Source of the DNA: Malacoraja senta
Lineage: Eukaryota
Assembly (NCBI GenBank): GCA_038087875.1
Contig: CM075995.1
Location: 9,426,001 to 9,490,000, forward strand
Direction: 5' to 3'
DNA length: 64,000 bases
Each line of letters opens with the position of its first letter. Positions within the stretch are counted from its first letter, which is position 1. The notes beneath the pieces are model-generated. The model had not been told where the DNA came from. It did no database searches and worked only from the letters and a program-made list of their open reading frames with translations. The position numbers and the translations under genes are program-made. Shown here in pieces: positions 12,821 through 25,110 of the stretch.

Positions 12821-13529
12821 TACTAGGCAATTTTTGCAACTGAAAACTCGTTTTATCACAAATTTATGTCCAGTTCAGTAAAAAAAAAAAGAAATTGTGT
12901 AACTTTCTAAAGTGGGCGTTTGAGAGGAGACATCATCATCATCATTGAAAAACATCAATGGGCACGGTGCCTTACAATGCCGTGTACGACAGTGATCAAA
13001 ACTTCTACTGAAGTGTGGATGGCCGTTGGCTCGCTAGGAGCTCATCCGCCCTTTGACAGGCCTTGTTTTTGGTCCTGCTGGAGGTCCACAGCCCCCTCCT
13101 CACCCGGCAAACCAGGTGGGGGAGACTGTTTAGTCGCCGACTATCCGACCATGGAACGGGTAGCGTGGGATTACATGGTACCCCCCCCCCCCCCCACTTA
13201 CCTGATAGAAGTATATAGAATCTAACGAGGTATAGATACGGAACCCATAGAATCTTTTTCTCAGGGTGGAAATAGCAACGGCATGTTCCTTACACAGAGT
13301 GGAGGATGACAGAACGCGCACCCAGGGGTGGTGGTGGAGGCTGATACAATAGTGGTGTTTAACAGGCTTTTGGATAGGCACAATGTGAATATGCAGGGAT
13401 TAGAGGGATATGGATCACGTGCAGGCAGAGGAGATTAGTTTAACTTGGCATCATGTTTGGCATGGACATTGTGGGCCGAAGAGCCTGTTCCTGTGCAATG
13501 CTGTTCTATGTTCACCGCAGCTCTGCCGC

Positions 13530-13828
13530 TAAGGTAGAGCTGCTGCCTTACAGCGCCAGAGTCCCGGGTTCGATCCCGACTACAGGTGCTGTCTGTACAG
13601 AGTTTGTACGTTCTGCCCGTGATTACTTGGGGTTTTCTCCGAGATGTTCAGTTTCCTTCCACATTCCAAAGACGTACAGGTTTAAGGTTTAATTGGTTTA
13701 GTATAAATGTAAAGTGTCCCTAGTGTGTATAGGATGGTGTTGATGTGCGTGGATCGCTGGTCACTGCAGACTCGGTGGGCCAGGGGCCTGTTTCTGCACT
13801 TTATAACTAAACTAAACTAAAACTAAAA
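13530..13828 (+). mobile_element. V-SINE (HE1-like)
   Basis: Same family, B box gggttcgatcc. Confidence 0.8.
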
Positions 13829-15299
13829 ATACTTTAAGTGCCATTGAACGATCTTGAATGTTGAAGATGGTCTGTGGCTCTGATAACAGTGACTTATTGG
13901 ACTGCCGCTGAGCCCGGGGTGAGGCCATTCTGCCTATCAAAGCAGAATGTTCCGTGAGTGCATCAGGTTGTCTGAGCCAAACAGGCAATTCTGTGTTTCT
14001 GCAAGCTGGTTTGAAGTTGAAAATGCGATCTGATGAAGAGCATTTTTATGATGTGAAACCTCCCTGATTGATGTTCAGTCTGAAGAAGGGTCCCAACCTG
14101 AAACATCACTTATCTATTTTTTCCAGAGATGCTGGCTGACCCTCCAGCCTTTTGTGTCTATCTTCAGTATAACCCAGCATCTGCAGTTCACAAGTGATAA
14201 AAGCAGAATTAGCCCATCCGGCCCATCGAGTCTACGCCATTCAATCATGGCTGATCTATCTTTCCCTCTCAACCCCATTCTCCTGCCTTCTCCCCATAAC
14301 CCCTGACACCCTGTACCAATCGGGAATCTATCAATCTCCACCTTAAAAATATCCACTGACTTGGCCTCCACAGCCGTCTGTGGCAATTAATTCCACAGAT
14401 TCACCACCCTCTGACTGAAGAAATTCCTCCTCATCTCCTTCCTAAAAGAAAGTCCTTTTATTCTGGGGCTGTGATCTCTGGTCCTAGACTCTCCAACCAG
14501 CGGAAACATCCTCTCCACATCCACTCTATTCAACCCTTTCACAATCTATCTCTGCCTTAAAAATATCCATTGACGGCCTCCACAGCTGTCTGTGGCAATT
14601 CACCACCACCACCACCACCACAGATTCTCCACCCTCTGACTAAAGAAATTCCTCCTCATCTCCTTCCTAAAGGAACGTCCTTTAATTCTGAAGCCGTGCC
14701 CCCTGGTCCTAGACTCTCCCCAGTTCCACCCTACACGTGATTTTTGGCTCGGATAGCTTGGTGACTTTGGTCTGAAGAATGTCATCTGTCCATTCCCTCC
14801 CTCCATCACCTTGTGTTTTGGTTGTTGACACCAACATTGCTGGATTCCATTGATTTCTTCCAGATGGCGCCCGACAGCAAATTGAAGAGTCAAGAGAGCT
14901 TTATTGCCATGCGTCCTGAAATGGAACAATTTAATCCTTACTTGCAGCAGGCAAGACATATGTAAACATAATTCGGGTCCACCACTGATTTTCTGGTAAC
15001 TGATGGTTCGGCACCTCCTTTATTCCAGACTAAATTACGAGAACGCACTTCAACCCCCACCCTCCCCCCTTGGAAGTCGTCGTCTCCCCCCCCCCCCCGC
15101 CCCGAAAATGTGGTGCCTAGGCCGGGTGAGGCGACCGATCTTGACCTCATTGGGACTTCCACAACTGAATATCCGAAACAGAAAAGTCCAATAAATATAT
15201 ACGTGTGTGTGGGGAGAAAGGGGTTGAGAGGGATCAAGCATGATTGAATGCCAGGGTAGACTTGATGGGCTGAATGGCCTAATTATTCTCAGATGACTT

Positions 15300-16207
15300 A
15301 TGAACTTTATATAAAACAAACTTACAATAATAGTGCAAAAACAAAAACAATGCTCCCATGTCTATGTAGCCCGGAACTTATTTGGAGGTTGCAGTTGATG
15401 GCTGTAGGGAAGAAGCTGTTCCTGAACCTGGTCGTTACAGGTTTCAGGCTCCTGTACATTCTTCCCGATGGCAGGGGTGAGATGAGTGTGTGGCCAGGGT
15501 GGTGTGGGTCCTTGATGACGCTGGCTGCCTTTTTGGAGGCAGCGACTCCTGTAGATCCCTTCGATGGTGGGGAGATCAGTACGCGTGATGGACCGGGCAG
15601 TGTTCACCATGTGTTGCAATCATCTTCATTCCTGGGCATTCGGGTTGCCAAACCAGGCCGTGATGCAACCAGTCAATATGCTCTCTACTGTACACCTGTA
15701 GACGTTCACGAGAGTATTTGTTGAAATACCGAATGTCTCCAACCCTCTCAGGGAGTAGAGGCATTGATGGGGCTTCCTTTATAATTGTGTCAGTGTGCTG
15801 GGTCCAGGACAGATCTTCAGAGATATACACACCCAGGAATTTGAAGTTATTGACTCGCTCCACCACCGTCATGTCGATGTAGACAGGTTTGTGGATCTTT
15901 AGCCTTCCTCTTCCAAAGTCAATAATCAGTCAATAGCCAGTTGGTACAGATTGTAGTCTGTGGATGAGGAAGTCTAGGATCCATTTGAAAGGGAACCCGC
16001 AGAGATCAGGTTCTGAGAGCTAGCTAACCAGTTTCAAGGGGATGATTGTGTTGAACGCCAAACTTTAGTATATAGTCCGAGTGGTCCAGTGGAGAGCCAG
16101 TGAGATTGTATGTCCATTGACCTGTTGTGGCGGTAGGCGAACTGTAGTGGGTCGAGGTTCTTGTTGAGGTAGGAGTTGATATACGCCATAACCAACCTCT
16201 CAAACAC
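15300..16207 (-). mobile_element. Rex1/Babar-type LINE 3' portion
   Basis: Minus strand VERVNNFKFLGVYISEDLSW and LPTIEGIYRSRCL, similar to 63350-63640. Confidence 0.75.
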
Positions 16208-16211
16208 TCAA

Positions 16212-16490
16212 AGGTAGATTTGCTGCCTTATAGCACTTACAGAGCCAGGTGCTTGTCTTACGGAGTTTGTACGTTCTCCCCAGGACCCGCGTGGGTTTTC
16301 TCCAAGAACATTTGTTTCCTCCCGCACTCCAAAGACGTACAGGTTTGTAGGTTAATTGGCTTGGTATGAATGTAAATTGTCCCTAGTGTGTAGGATAGTG
16401 TTAACGTGCGGTGATCGCTGGTCGGCGCGGACTCGGTGGGCCAAAGGGCCTGTTTCCGCGCTGTATCTCTAAACTAAAACTAAAACTAAA
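16212..16490 (+). mobile_element. V-SINE (HE1-like), degenerate head
   Basis: Same family. Confidence 0.75.
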
Positions 16491-16531
16491 CACAACGGGT
16501 CAGGCAGCATCTTTGGAGAAAAATAATAGGT

Positions 16532-16559
16532 GATGTTTCGGGTCGAGACCCTTCATCAG
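16532..16559 (-). ncRNA. Minimal hammerhead core
   Basis: Minus strand reads CUGAUGA-A-GGGUCUCGACCC-GAAAC-AUC. Confidence 0.55.
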
Positions 16560-16927
16560 ACAGAGTGGGGAGAGGGAAACGAGAAGTATAGACAATGGTA
16601 TGGAGAGCTATAGAACAAAAGAATGAAAGATATGCTGCAAAAAGCAACGATGATCAAGGACAGGTGTTGCTCACAATGGTTTATTGTTGACTGGGAGAGG
16701 TGACACTGAGTTATACAGACAGTGAGACAGTGACTGCTTGTTCTATCTCTATATCACTGTCGAGATCTCTCTTTCACTTTCCCCTGACTCTCAGTCTGAA
16801 GAAGGGTCTCGACCCAAAACGTCACCTATGCCTTTTCTCCAGAGATGCTGCCTGACCCGCTGAGTTACTCCAGTAATGAATGAGTTGTTACCTATCGCTG
16901 TGGCTCACTGCTTTGTTTATTTCACAG

Positions 16928-17415
16928 GTGATAAAGCAAGAGGTGGAAACGAGTGCACGTACTCGGACGCTGAAGACTCGGACGGTCAGGATGAGGACGA
17001 TTATGAAGTCGACGACGAGGATGAAGACAGCCAGGGGGAAGTGGGGCTGTCAGCCACTCCCTCGGTAGCAGCCAGCCCCCAGCACAGCATGCAGCGGAAC
17101 GACCAGCTTGGCACCTTGAACGCTGCCTCGGCCTCTCTGATGGCTGATTCTGTGAGGACAGCAGAGGACTGCCTGAGGCAGGCCCACCATCTCCACAGGC
17201 TGCCCGGCGACGTTTGGCTGGGACAGACCACGAGAGACACAGAAACCAGCGCAGCAGGGATGAAGTTCTCACCGGTCCATTGGTACCCGGCGGAAGAGGA
17301 GACAAACATATTCCCTTCAGCTGGAGGTGACCTGCCTTACGCTGGGCCAAAGTCCACAGCTGACAGCCGGCATCTACAAGAAACCCTTGGAAGGAAAACC
17401 GTAGATGATTCAAAG
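16928..17415 (+). CDS. HIVEP1: HIVEP1 (Schnurri-1) penultimate coding exon: acidic region that follows the distal C2H2 zinc-finger pair
   Basis: Acceptor tttatttcacAG (AG 16926-16927, phase 1) and donor AAG|GTacat after 17415 (phase 0). Translation ...DAEDSDGQDEDDYEVDDEDEDSQGEVGLSATPSVAASPQH resembles the HIVEP1 segment EDSQAESVLSATPSVTASPQH as I recall it. The phase matches the next exon. Confidence 0.85.
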
Positions 17416-17499
17416 GTACATGTGTTCCGCCATATATATTATGTTCTAATTCAAAACGATTCAAAGACATCAATTTATAAACTTTACAATCAAACGAGT

Positions 17500-17812
17500 A
17501 GTTTTAGATTTAAGTTTTGCCATTACAGCGCGGACACAGGCCCTTCAGCTCACCGGATCCGCGCCGACCAGCGATCTCCCCGTACACTAACACTATCCTA
17601 AACACTAGGGATAATTTATAATTTTTACCGAAGCCCATTAACCTACAAACCTGTATGTCTTTGGAGTGTGGGAGGAAACCGGAGCACCCGGAGAAAACCC
17701 ACGCGGTCACGGGGAGAACGTACAAACTCCGTACAGACAGCACCTGTAGTTAGGATGGAACCCGGGTCTCTGGCGCTGTGAGGCAGCAACTCTACCGCTG
17801 TGCCACCGTGCT
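17500..17812 (-). mobile_element. V-SINE (HE1-like) in the last HIVEP1 intron
   Basis: Same family. Confidence 0.82.
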
Positions 17813-18367
17813 TCCCCTAACTTCCTAAATTTCCTAGTAATATACTAAATTCCTGCAGAATTGTATTGAAGGCAAACCTAATTTTATCTGAGTAGGTTTG
17901 AAGAATGGTGGTGAATGGTTCCCGACCCGAAACGTCACCCGTTCTTTCTCGCCAGAGATGCTGCCTGACCCGCTGAGTTAATCCAGCACTCTGTGTCTAC
18001 CTAATTTTACCTGGTATTATTATGGTACAGGCAAAGTCTTGTTAAATAAATGAAACCACTCATTTATATTTATCTTATTTGCTGCCACAAAGGCTTTAAG
18101 TGAGCAGAATCTTGGTATTACTTCACAAATTGTGGTTGAATTTACCTTATATCAAAACACTGTTATCAAAAATCGAGGAGCACTACATGCTGCCTTACAG
18201 CGCCAGAGACCTGGGTTTGATTCTGACCTCGGGTGCTGTCTGCACGGAGTTTGCACGTTCTCCCTGTGACCTCATGGCATTCCTCCGTGTGCTCCGGTTT
18301 CCTCCCACATCCCACAAAGATGTGTAGGTTTGTAAGTATATTGACCACTGTAAATTGTCACTCGTGT

Positions 18368-18915
18368 GTAAGAACAATAGACAATAGGTGCAGGAGGCGG
18401 CCATTCGGCCCTTCGAGCCAGCACCGCCATTCAATGGCTGATCATCCCCAATCAGTACCCCGTTCCTGCCTTCTCCCCATATCCCCTGACTCCGCTATTT
18501 TTAAGAGCCCTATCTGGCTCTCTCTTGAAAGCATCCAGAGAACCTGCCTCCACCGTCCTCTGAGGCAGAGAATTCCACAGACTCACCACTCTCTGTGAGA
18601 AAAAGTGTTTCCTCGTCTCCGTTCTAAATGGCTTACTCCTTATTCTTAAACTGTGTGGCCCCTGGTTCTGGACTCCCCCAACATCGGGAACATGTTTCCT
18701 GCCTCTAGTGTGTCCAAGCCCTTAACAATCTTATATGTTTCAATGAGATATCCTCTCATCCTTCTAAACTCCAGAGTGTACAACCTCAGCTGCTCAGTAG
18801 GCCATTCGGCCCTTCGAGCCAGCACCGCCATTCAATGTGATCATGGCTGATCATCCCTAATCAGTACCCCGTTCCTGCCTTCTCCCCATATCCCCTGACT
18901 CCGCTATCTTTAAGA
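18368..18915 (-). mobile_element. CR1 3' fragments (two tandem tails)
   Basis: Reverse complement of the CR1 3' end with a (tattgtc)n tail. Confidence 0.8.
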
Positions 18916-19238
18916 GTGGATGTGAAAGTGGGATAGCATAGAACTAGAGTGAACGGGTGATCAATAGGTTGTGGGTCAAAGGGCCTATCTCAATTCTGTA
19001 TCTTTCAATCAATTCAATGAATCAAAAAAATCTATTATCATCATAGGATGACATAAAGGATTGTGCTTCTCCATACCTCACATCAAATATTATTCAACAA
19101 TAATCAAATATCAATCGTGGTATCTCTTTAACAATTGTCACCCTCTGTTCCTTGGCTGAACATTAGGTCTGAATGAAGCAACAAATGAGTTCTGTAAAAT
19201 TATTAGACCGCATTGCCACAGTGTTGGCCATTGCCACA

Positions 19239-19548
19239 GGGTGGCACGGTGACACAGCGGTAGAGTTGCTGCCTGACAGAGTCAGAGACCCGGGTTCCAT
19301 CCTAAATACGGATGCTCTCTGTACGGAGTCTGTACGTACTCCCCATGATTGCGTGGGTTTTCCCCGGGTGCTCCAGTTCCACCTACACTCCAAAGGTGTA
19401 CAGGTTTGTAGGTTTTGGTACAGATTGTAAATTGTTGCTAGTGTGTGTAGGAAAGTGCTAGTGTACGGGGATCGCTGGTCAGTGCTCACTCGGTGGGCCG
19501 AAGGGCCTGTTTCCGCGCTGTATCTCCAAACACTAAACTAAAACTAAC
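19239..19548 (+). mobile_element. V-SINE (HE1-like)
   Basis: Same family. Confidence 0.8.
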
Positions 19549-20334
19549 TTTCCCTTAACTAGTGAGGTAGGGGACAGACATTACTCCCACATTGCATTAT
19601 AAAATGTATCCCCTGGTGACTGCATGTGAAGAATTACACTTGAATTTGGGAGATGACTCTCACCAACTCTTCCAACTTCAAAAACATATCACGATACTGC
19701 TATTGACTTAAATCTAGTTACTCAATGTAAAATGAAAGTTATAAGTGACCCGACTTTGGGTTACGAAAACAACCATGGTGAGTTATTATCTAATAAAAGA
19801 TATCGGAATGTGTACATTGTGTAAAGGATTTGTTTTGTGTTTGGAAAGTAATAAGAGGTAAGGTGACGTGTTAAACAATATTATACTTGCATTAGTTTTG
19901 GTATGAATTGTGTTATCTGATAAAGCCTGAAATGCACCATGCATATGTTTGGGTCGTGGCTGTTTTTGTTTTAATTATTCCTTGGTCATTGTTACTTGAG
20001 CATTAAGATGAATATCTAAAGAATTTCAGGATATTAAATCCCCTCTCTTGGCCCAATAATTGTTCGTGCATTCAATGCATTGAATTTACACTCCTTAATG
20101 AACTATGAGTAAGATGTTTCCAGGGAATTCATAAATCATTGTAGCCTAATTTTAGGGAATGTGAGGAATGCCAAATGTTAGACAATAAGTCAACTTTGTG
20201 GGCTGTTTACAGGGTGAGATTCTGGCCTTTGTTCCTCATCTTCCTTCCCAACTCATCATTGTTTTAGCTGGGTCAACCTCTGAGGTTTACAACAATGCTG
20301 CCTTGATTGAAGACTTTCATCTATAGATGAATGC

Positions 20335-21600
20335 CTGATGAGTGTTTGACGGCACTGGGCCTGTACTCGCTGGAGTTTGGAAGGATGAGGGGGAACCTCA
20401 TTGAAACTTACCCAATAGTGAAAGGCATGGATAGAGTGGATGTGGAGAGGATTTTTCCACTAGTGGGAGAGTCTAGGACCAGAGGGCACAGTGTTTAAGA
20501 AGGAACTGCAGATGCTGGAAAATCGAAGGTAGACAAAAGTGCTGGAGAAACTCAGCGGGTGCAGCAGCATCTATGGAGCGAAGGAAATAGGCAACGTTTC
20601 GGGCCGAAACGTTGCCTATTTCCTTCGCTCCATAGATGCTGCTGCACCCGCTGAGTTTCTCCAGCACTTTTGTCTACCAGAGGGCACAGCCTCAAAATAA
20701 AAGAACGTTCCTTTAGGAAGGAGACGAGGAGGAATTTTTTTTAGTCAGGGTGGTGAATCTGTGGAATTCGTTGCCTCAGACGGTTGTGGAGGCCAAGTCA
20801 GAGGATATTTTTAAGACGGAGATTGATAGATTCTTGATTAGTACGGGTGTCAGGGGTTATGTGGAGGGCAGGAGAATAGGTTTGAGAGGGATAGATAAAT
20901 CAGCCATGATTGATTGGTGGAGTAGATTTGATGGGCCGAATGGCCTAATTCTGCTACTTGAACTTATGAACATACACGGTGAGAATGGACAGTCTTGGAT
21001 TGTTTTCCCTGTATTGTCAAAGGTCGAGGGGAGACTTCATAAGTTCATAAGGCCATATTTATAGTATTGTGTTCAGTTTTGTTCACCATGTTATAGGAAA
21101 GATGTTGTCAAGCTGGAAGGGGTGCAGAGATTTACAAGGATGTTGCCAGGACTCGAGGACCTGAGCTATAGGGAGAGGTTGAGCAGGCTAGGACTTCATT
21201 CCCAGGAGTGCAGGAGGATGAAGGCTAATCTTATAGAGTACAAAATCCAGAGAGGAATAGGTCAGGTAAACACACAGAATCTCTTGCCCAGAGTAGGTGA
21301 ATCGAGAACCAGAGGACATGCGTTTAAGGTGGGGGGGGGGGGGGGGGAAGATTTAATAGGAACCTGAGGGGTAACTTTATTGCACAAAGGGTGGTGAGTG
21401 TAAGGAACGAGCTGCCAGAGGAGGCAGTTGAGGCAGGGACTATGGCTATGTTTAAGAAACGTTTGGGCAGGTACATGGATAGGACAGGTTTAGAGGGATA
21501 TGGGTCAAATGCAGACTGGTGGGACTAGTGAAGATTGGGCATGTTGGTTGGCGTGGGCAAGTTGGGCCGAAGGGCCTGTTTCAATGCTGTATGACTATGA
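20335..21600 (+). mobile_element. Two older CR1/HER1-type 3' fragments
   Basis: Degenerate QRFTRMLPGL...RLGL..LE.RR and VVNLWNSLP. The 3' tail gggccgaagggcctgttt is shared with the SINE. Confidence 0.75.
20492..20678. mobile_element. Penelope-derived foldback insertion inside a CR1 fragment
   Basis: Near-perfect palindrome from about 20528 to 20678 centred on tttcgggccgaaa, flanked by the duplicated host sequence accagagggcacag (20478-20491, 20676-20689). Confidence 0.75.
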
Positions 21601-21801
21601 TTCATGAATTGAATTTCTACTCCATGTTATAAAGTTCAAAGTATTTTCCTTCTATTGTCTCCATGTTTAAAGTGGAAAATTGCATTCATCCCAATCTCTG
21701 CTGCTATTGCCTTTTGATAGTTTTAGTTCAAATAACAATTCCCTCTCCTCCCCTGAAAGGTATTGGGTCCCCTCTAGGGAGATGGTTGCATCTGTGCCTT
21801 T

Positions 21802-22370
21802 TATAGAAACATAAAAAATAGGTGCAGGAGTAGGCCATTCGGCCCTTCAACCCCGCACCGCCATTCACTATGATCATCCAGAATCAATATCCCGTTCATG
21901 CTTTTTCCCCCATTTCCCTTGATCCCGTTAGCCCTAAGAGCTAAATCTAACTCTCTCTGGAAAACATCCAGTGAATTGGCCTCCACTGCCTTCTGTGGCA
22001 GAGAATTCCACAGATTCACATTTGTATATTCTGATATCTCCCCGAACAATAGACAATAGGTGCAGGAGTAGGCCATTCGGCCCTTCGAGCCAGCACCGCC
22101 ATTCAATGTGATCATGGCTGATCATCCCCAATCAGTACCCCGTTCCTGCCTTCTCCCCATATCCCCTGACTCCGCTATCTTTAAGAGCTCTATCTAACTC
22201 TCTCTTGAAAGCATCCAGAGAATTGGCCTCCACTGCCTTCTGAGCCAGAGAATTCCACAGACTCACCACTCTCTGTGTGAAAAAGTGTTTCCTCATCTCA
22301 GTTCTAAATGACTTACCCCTTATTCTTAAACTGTGGCCCCCTGGTTCTGGACTCCCCCAACATGGGGAAC
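21802..22370 (-). mobile_element. CR1 3' fragments
   Basis: Two minus-strand CR1 tails. Confidence 0.8.
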
Positions 22371-22634
22371 ACCAGCGATCACCAACGTACACTATCCCTC
22401 ACACACTAGGGACAATTAACAACTAAAGCCAATTCACCTACAAACCTGTACATCTTTGGAGTGTGAGAGGAAACCGGAGCACCCGGGGAAAACCCAGGAA
22501 GTCACAGGGAGAACGTACAAACTCCGTAGTCAGGATCGTACCAGGTCTCTAGCTCTGTAAGGCGGCAACTCTACCGCTGCGCCACCCAACTTTGAAAAAT
22601 TTTAACGCATTTCTTTCTTGATATTTTGCTGCAG

Positions 22635-23738
22635 ATTTTCCCTTCATCGATCACCCTTCCCCCACAGATGGTCCAGGAGAGGCAGTTGGCATGCTCTTCC
22701 CTCATGAGTAGTCCGTACAGATTGGACGTTGAGCAGCAGAGGCAGCACCAAGAAGCGATGGGTGAGAAGCATCTGCTGCACCTGTTCAGCCACTTGCCCC
22801 TTCACTCCCAGCAGCAGGTGAAGACTCCGTACAGCATGGTGCCCGTGGGTGGCATCCAGTTAGTCCACGCAGGTCTGGCCGCATACTCCACCTTTGTGCC
22901 CATCCAGGCCAGTCCCGTCCAGCTCAGCATCCCGGCTGTGAGCATCCTTCACCAGACCTCTGGCTGCCAAGGCAGTGCCGATGCACTGGGCCACCATGAC
23001 AAGTCAACCTGGGTTGCGGAGACGGAGATGGTCAACTCCACCGTCGAGCCGAGCGCAAACACCTCCAATTTCCAACCGGCTAAAGCTTCGGGTGCAGAGA
23101 CACTGCGGCCCCTGGATTTGGTCAGTTTGAGCACAGGTTCACAGGTGTTCCCTTCAGGCCTTCCATTTAAGACTGTGGACCTCCAAGTGTTGACCACCAA
23201 CCCGCAGGCTGGGTGCTCACCGGGCCTGCAAGCCCACACGCCAGGGGTACACATCCTGAACATCGCACTGCCTCCACTGGTACCAGCCCTCCACGCGGGC
23301 ACCGAGGCTCAAACAAGCATCTGCACGCAAATGGATTACACAACCAGCACCAGACAAGCACCAGTTAGCCTTCCGCTCGAAGCTTCCACCCATCAGATGG
23401 GCCGCACCCAACTCTCTCAGGTTCCCCACCAAACCCAGAAGACAGACCCCCCTAGCTGGAAACAGGGGCAGCCCAATAACCCCAGCGCAGTGCTGGAGTG
23501 CGGCTACAGAAGCACGCAGCTCAAGGCAATCCATAACAAATCGAGTGCCACAGCCTTGGTAAACTCTGACCCCCTGGGACACTCGCTCACGGACACACAA
23601 GAGGTGACCAGGTCTCCCGTTCATTGGACTGCTTCTCCAGAGAAAGCAAGGGGCAAGCCTGTGGGACCGGCACGGGGCACGGTGCAGTACAGTGACGTCA
23701 GCAGCGACGACGAAGACAGATTAGTAATAGCCACATAA
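22635..23738 (+). CDS. HIVEP1: HIVEP1 terminal coding exon
   Basis: Acceptor ttttgctgcAG at 22633-22634 (phase 0), long open frame, HIVEP-family motifs LFSHLPLHSQQ and MVPVGGI..YSTFVP.QA.PVQL.IPAVS, C-terminus SSDDEDRLVIAT* characteristic of HIVEP1, stop TAA at 23736-23738. Confidence 0.9.
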   Translation: MFPSSITLPPQMVQERQLACSSLMSSPYRLDVEQQRQHQEAMGEKHLLHLFSHLPLHSQQQVKTPYSMVPVGGIQLVHAGLAAYSTFVPIQASPVQLSIPAVSILHQTSGCQGSADALGHHDKSTWVAETEMVNSTVEPSANTSNFQPAKASGAETLRPLDLVSLSTGSQVFPSGLPFKTVDLQVLTTNPQAGCSPGLQAHTPGVHILNIALPPLVPALHAGTEAQTSICTQMDYTTSTRQAPVSLPLEASTHQMGRTQLSQVPHQTQKTDPPSWKQGQPNNPSAVLECGYRSTQLKAIHNKSSATALVNSDPLGHSLTDTQEVTRSPVHWTASPEKARGKPVGPARGTVQYSDVSSDDEDRLVIAT

Positions 23739-24295
23739 AAAACTTTTTTTGCAGACACTTTTTTTGTGCAAATATCCCACCCTTTTTAAAAAAGAAAAAG
23801 AAAAAGATGACCGACACTTCCTGGTTTCTTACTCCGAGAACTCTCTTTGCCCAAAAGCACACTTTTTTGATGTAGATATAATGTTTGTGCAATTGTAAAC
23901 TAAGACCAACGTGGGAAAACGACATGGTTTTGTTTGGTCCTTGTCCAGTCCGGCCATTTTTGTATATGTTGTATAAACAAATGTGCCTTTCAGATTTCTT
24001 GTTTTTTTCGAAACTGTACAGATGATAAACTATACAAAAAAGTAGTTGCTTGTGCTTAATATTTTTTTTTACAATGTGCGGTGTTATCGTAAGGAACATG
24101 ACTACATGTGGCACTGATAATGTAAATTTCTATGGCTATGGGGCAGTCTTTCTGTGTACAGGCAAGAATTGTATACCAGCTGATATTTATTGTACGCATT
24201 TTTTGGATCCATGATCTGTTCTTACCTTGCTGGGAGCTAGCTGTTTTAACCAGGCAAATCCACTCCAAAATAAATGAGATCATGTCAAACAGTTT
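23739..24295 (+). other. HIVEP1: HIVEP1 3'UTR (putative)
   Basis: AU-rich, repeat-free stretch after the stop codon with AATAAA at 24269-24274. The end point is inferred. Confidence 0.6.
24269..24274 (+). terminator. Polyadenylation signal AATAAA
   Basis: Canonical hexamer about 530 nt after the HIVEP1 stop, followed by T-rich sequence and then a SINE. Confidence 0.55.
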
Positions 24296-24413
24296 TTGCA
24301 GAAAATCCAATATTCTTTGCTGATTTTCCAGCTATTACACTTTCCAAACAACCTACATAGAATATTGCACTTTGTATAACATTAATATCCTCTCTGCCAG
24401 AGCATAGAACACC

Positions 24414-24674
24414 AGGGCGGCAGGGTGGCCCAATGGTAGAGTTGCTGCCTCACTGCGCCAGGTTCGATCCCGACTACGGGCGCTGTGTGGATGAAGTTTG
24501 TATGTTCTCCCCGTGACCTGCGTGGGTTTTCTCCGGGTGCTCCGGTTCCCCCCACACTCCAAAGACGTAAAGGTTTGTAGGCTAATTGGCTTCGTTTGTG
24601 GGGATCGGTGGTCGGCACGGACTTGGTGGACCAAAGGGCCTGTTTCCACACTCTATCTCTGAACTAAACTAAAA
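24414..24674 (+). mobile_element. V-SINE (HE1-like)
   Basis: Same family, just downstream of the HIVEP1 3'UTR. Confidence 0.78.
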
Positions 24675-24929
24675 GTACAGAACAGGAACAGGTCCTTCAG
24701 CCCACAATGTCAATGCCATACATAATGCCTAGATATAGTTTTAAGGTGAGGGGGGAAGATTTAATAGGAGCCCGAGGGGTAACGTTTTCACACAAAGGGT
24801 GGTGGGTGTATGGAACGAGCTGCTAGAGGAGGTAGTTGATGCAGGGACTATCCCAACGTATAAGAAACAGTTAGATGGGTACATGGACAGGGCAGGTTTA
24901 GAGGGATATGGGCCAAACCCAGGCAGGTT

Positions 24930-25110
24930 GGACTAGTGTAGATGGGACATGTTGGCCGACGTGGGCAAGTTGGGCTGAAAGGCCTGTTTCCACGCTGTAT
25001 CACTCTATGACTAGTGTAGATGGGGACATTGTTGGCCAGTGTGGGCAAGTTGGGCTGAAGGACCTGTTTCCACGCTGTATCACTCTATGACTAGTGTAGA
25101 TGGGACATGT
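24930..25110 (+). repeat. Same 78-bp tandem repeat, running into the assembly gap
   Basis: At least two units directly before the N run. Confidence 0.85.

Noticed and set aside
1..16900. Upstream HIVEP1 zinc-finger exons
   Set aside because: I found no GNLTKHMKSKAH or CEECGIRC coding sequence by eye or in the ORF track, so they probably lie before the window.
16876..17601. 241-aa ORF as a stand-alone gene
   Set aside because: Only 16928-17415 is bounded by splice sites. The flanks are intron and SINE read-through.
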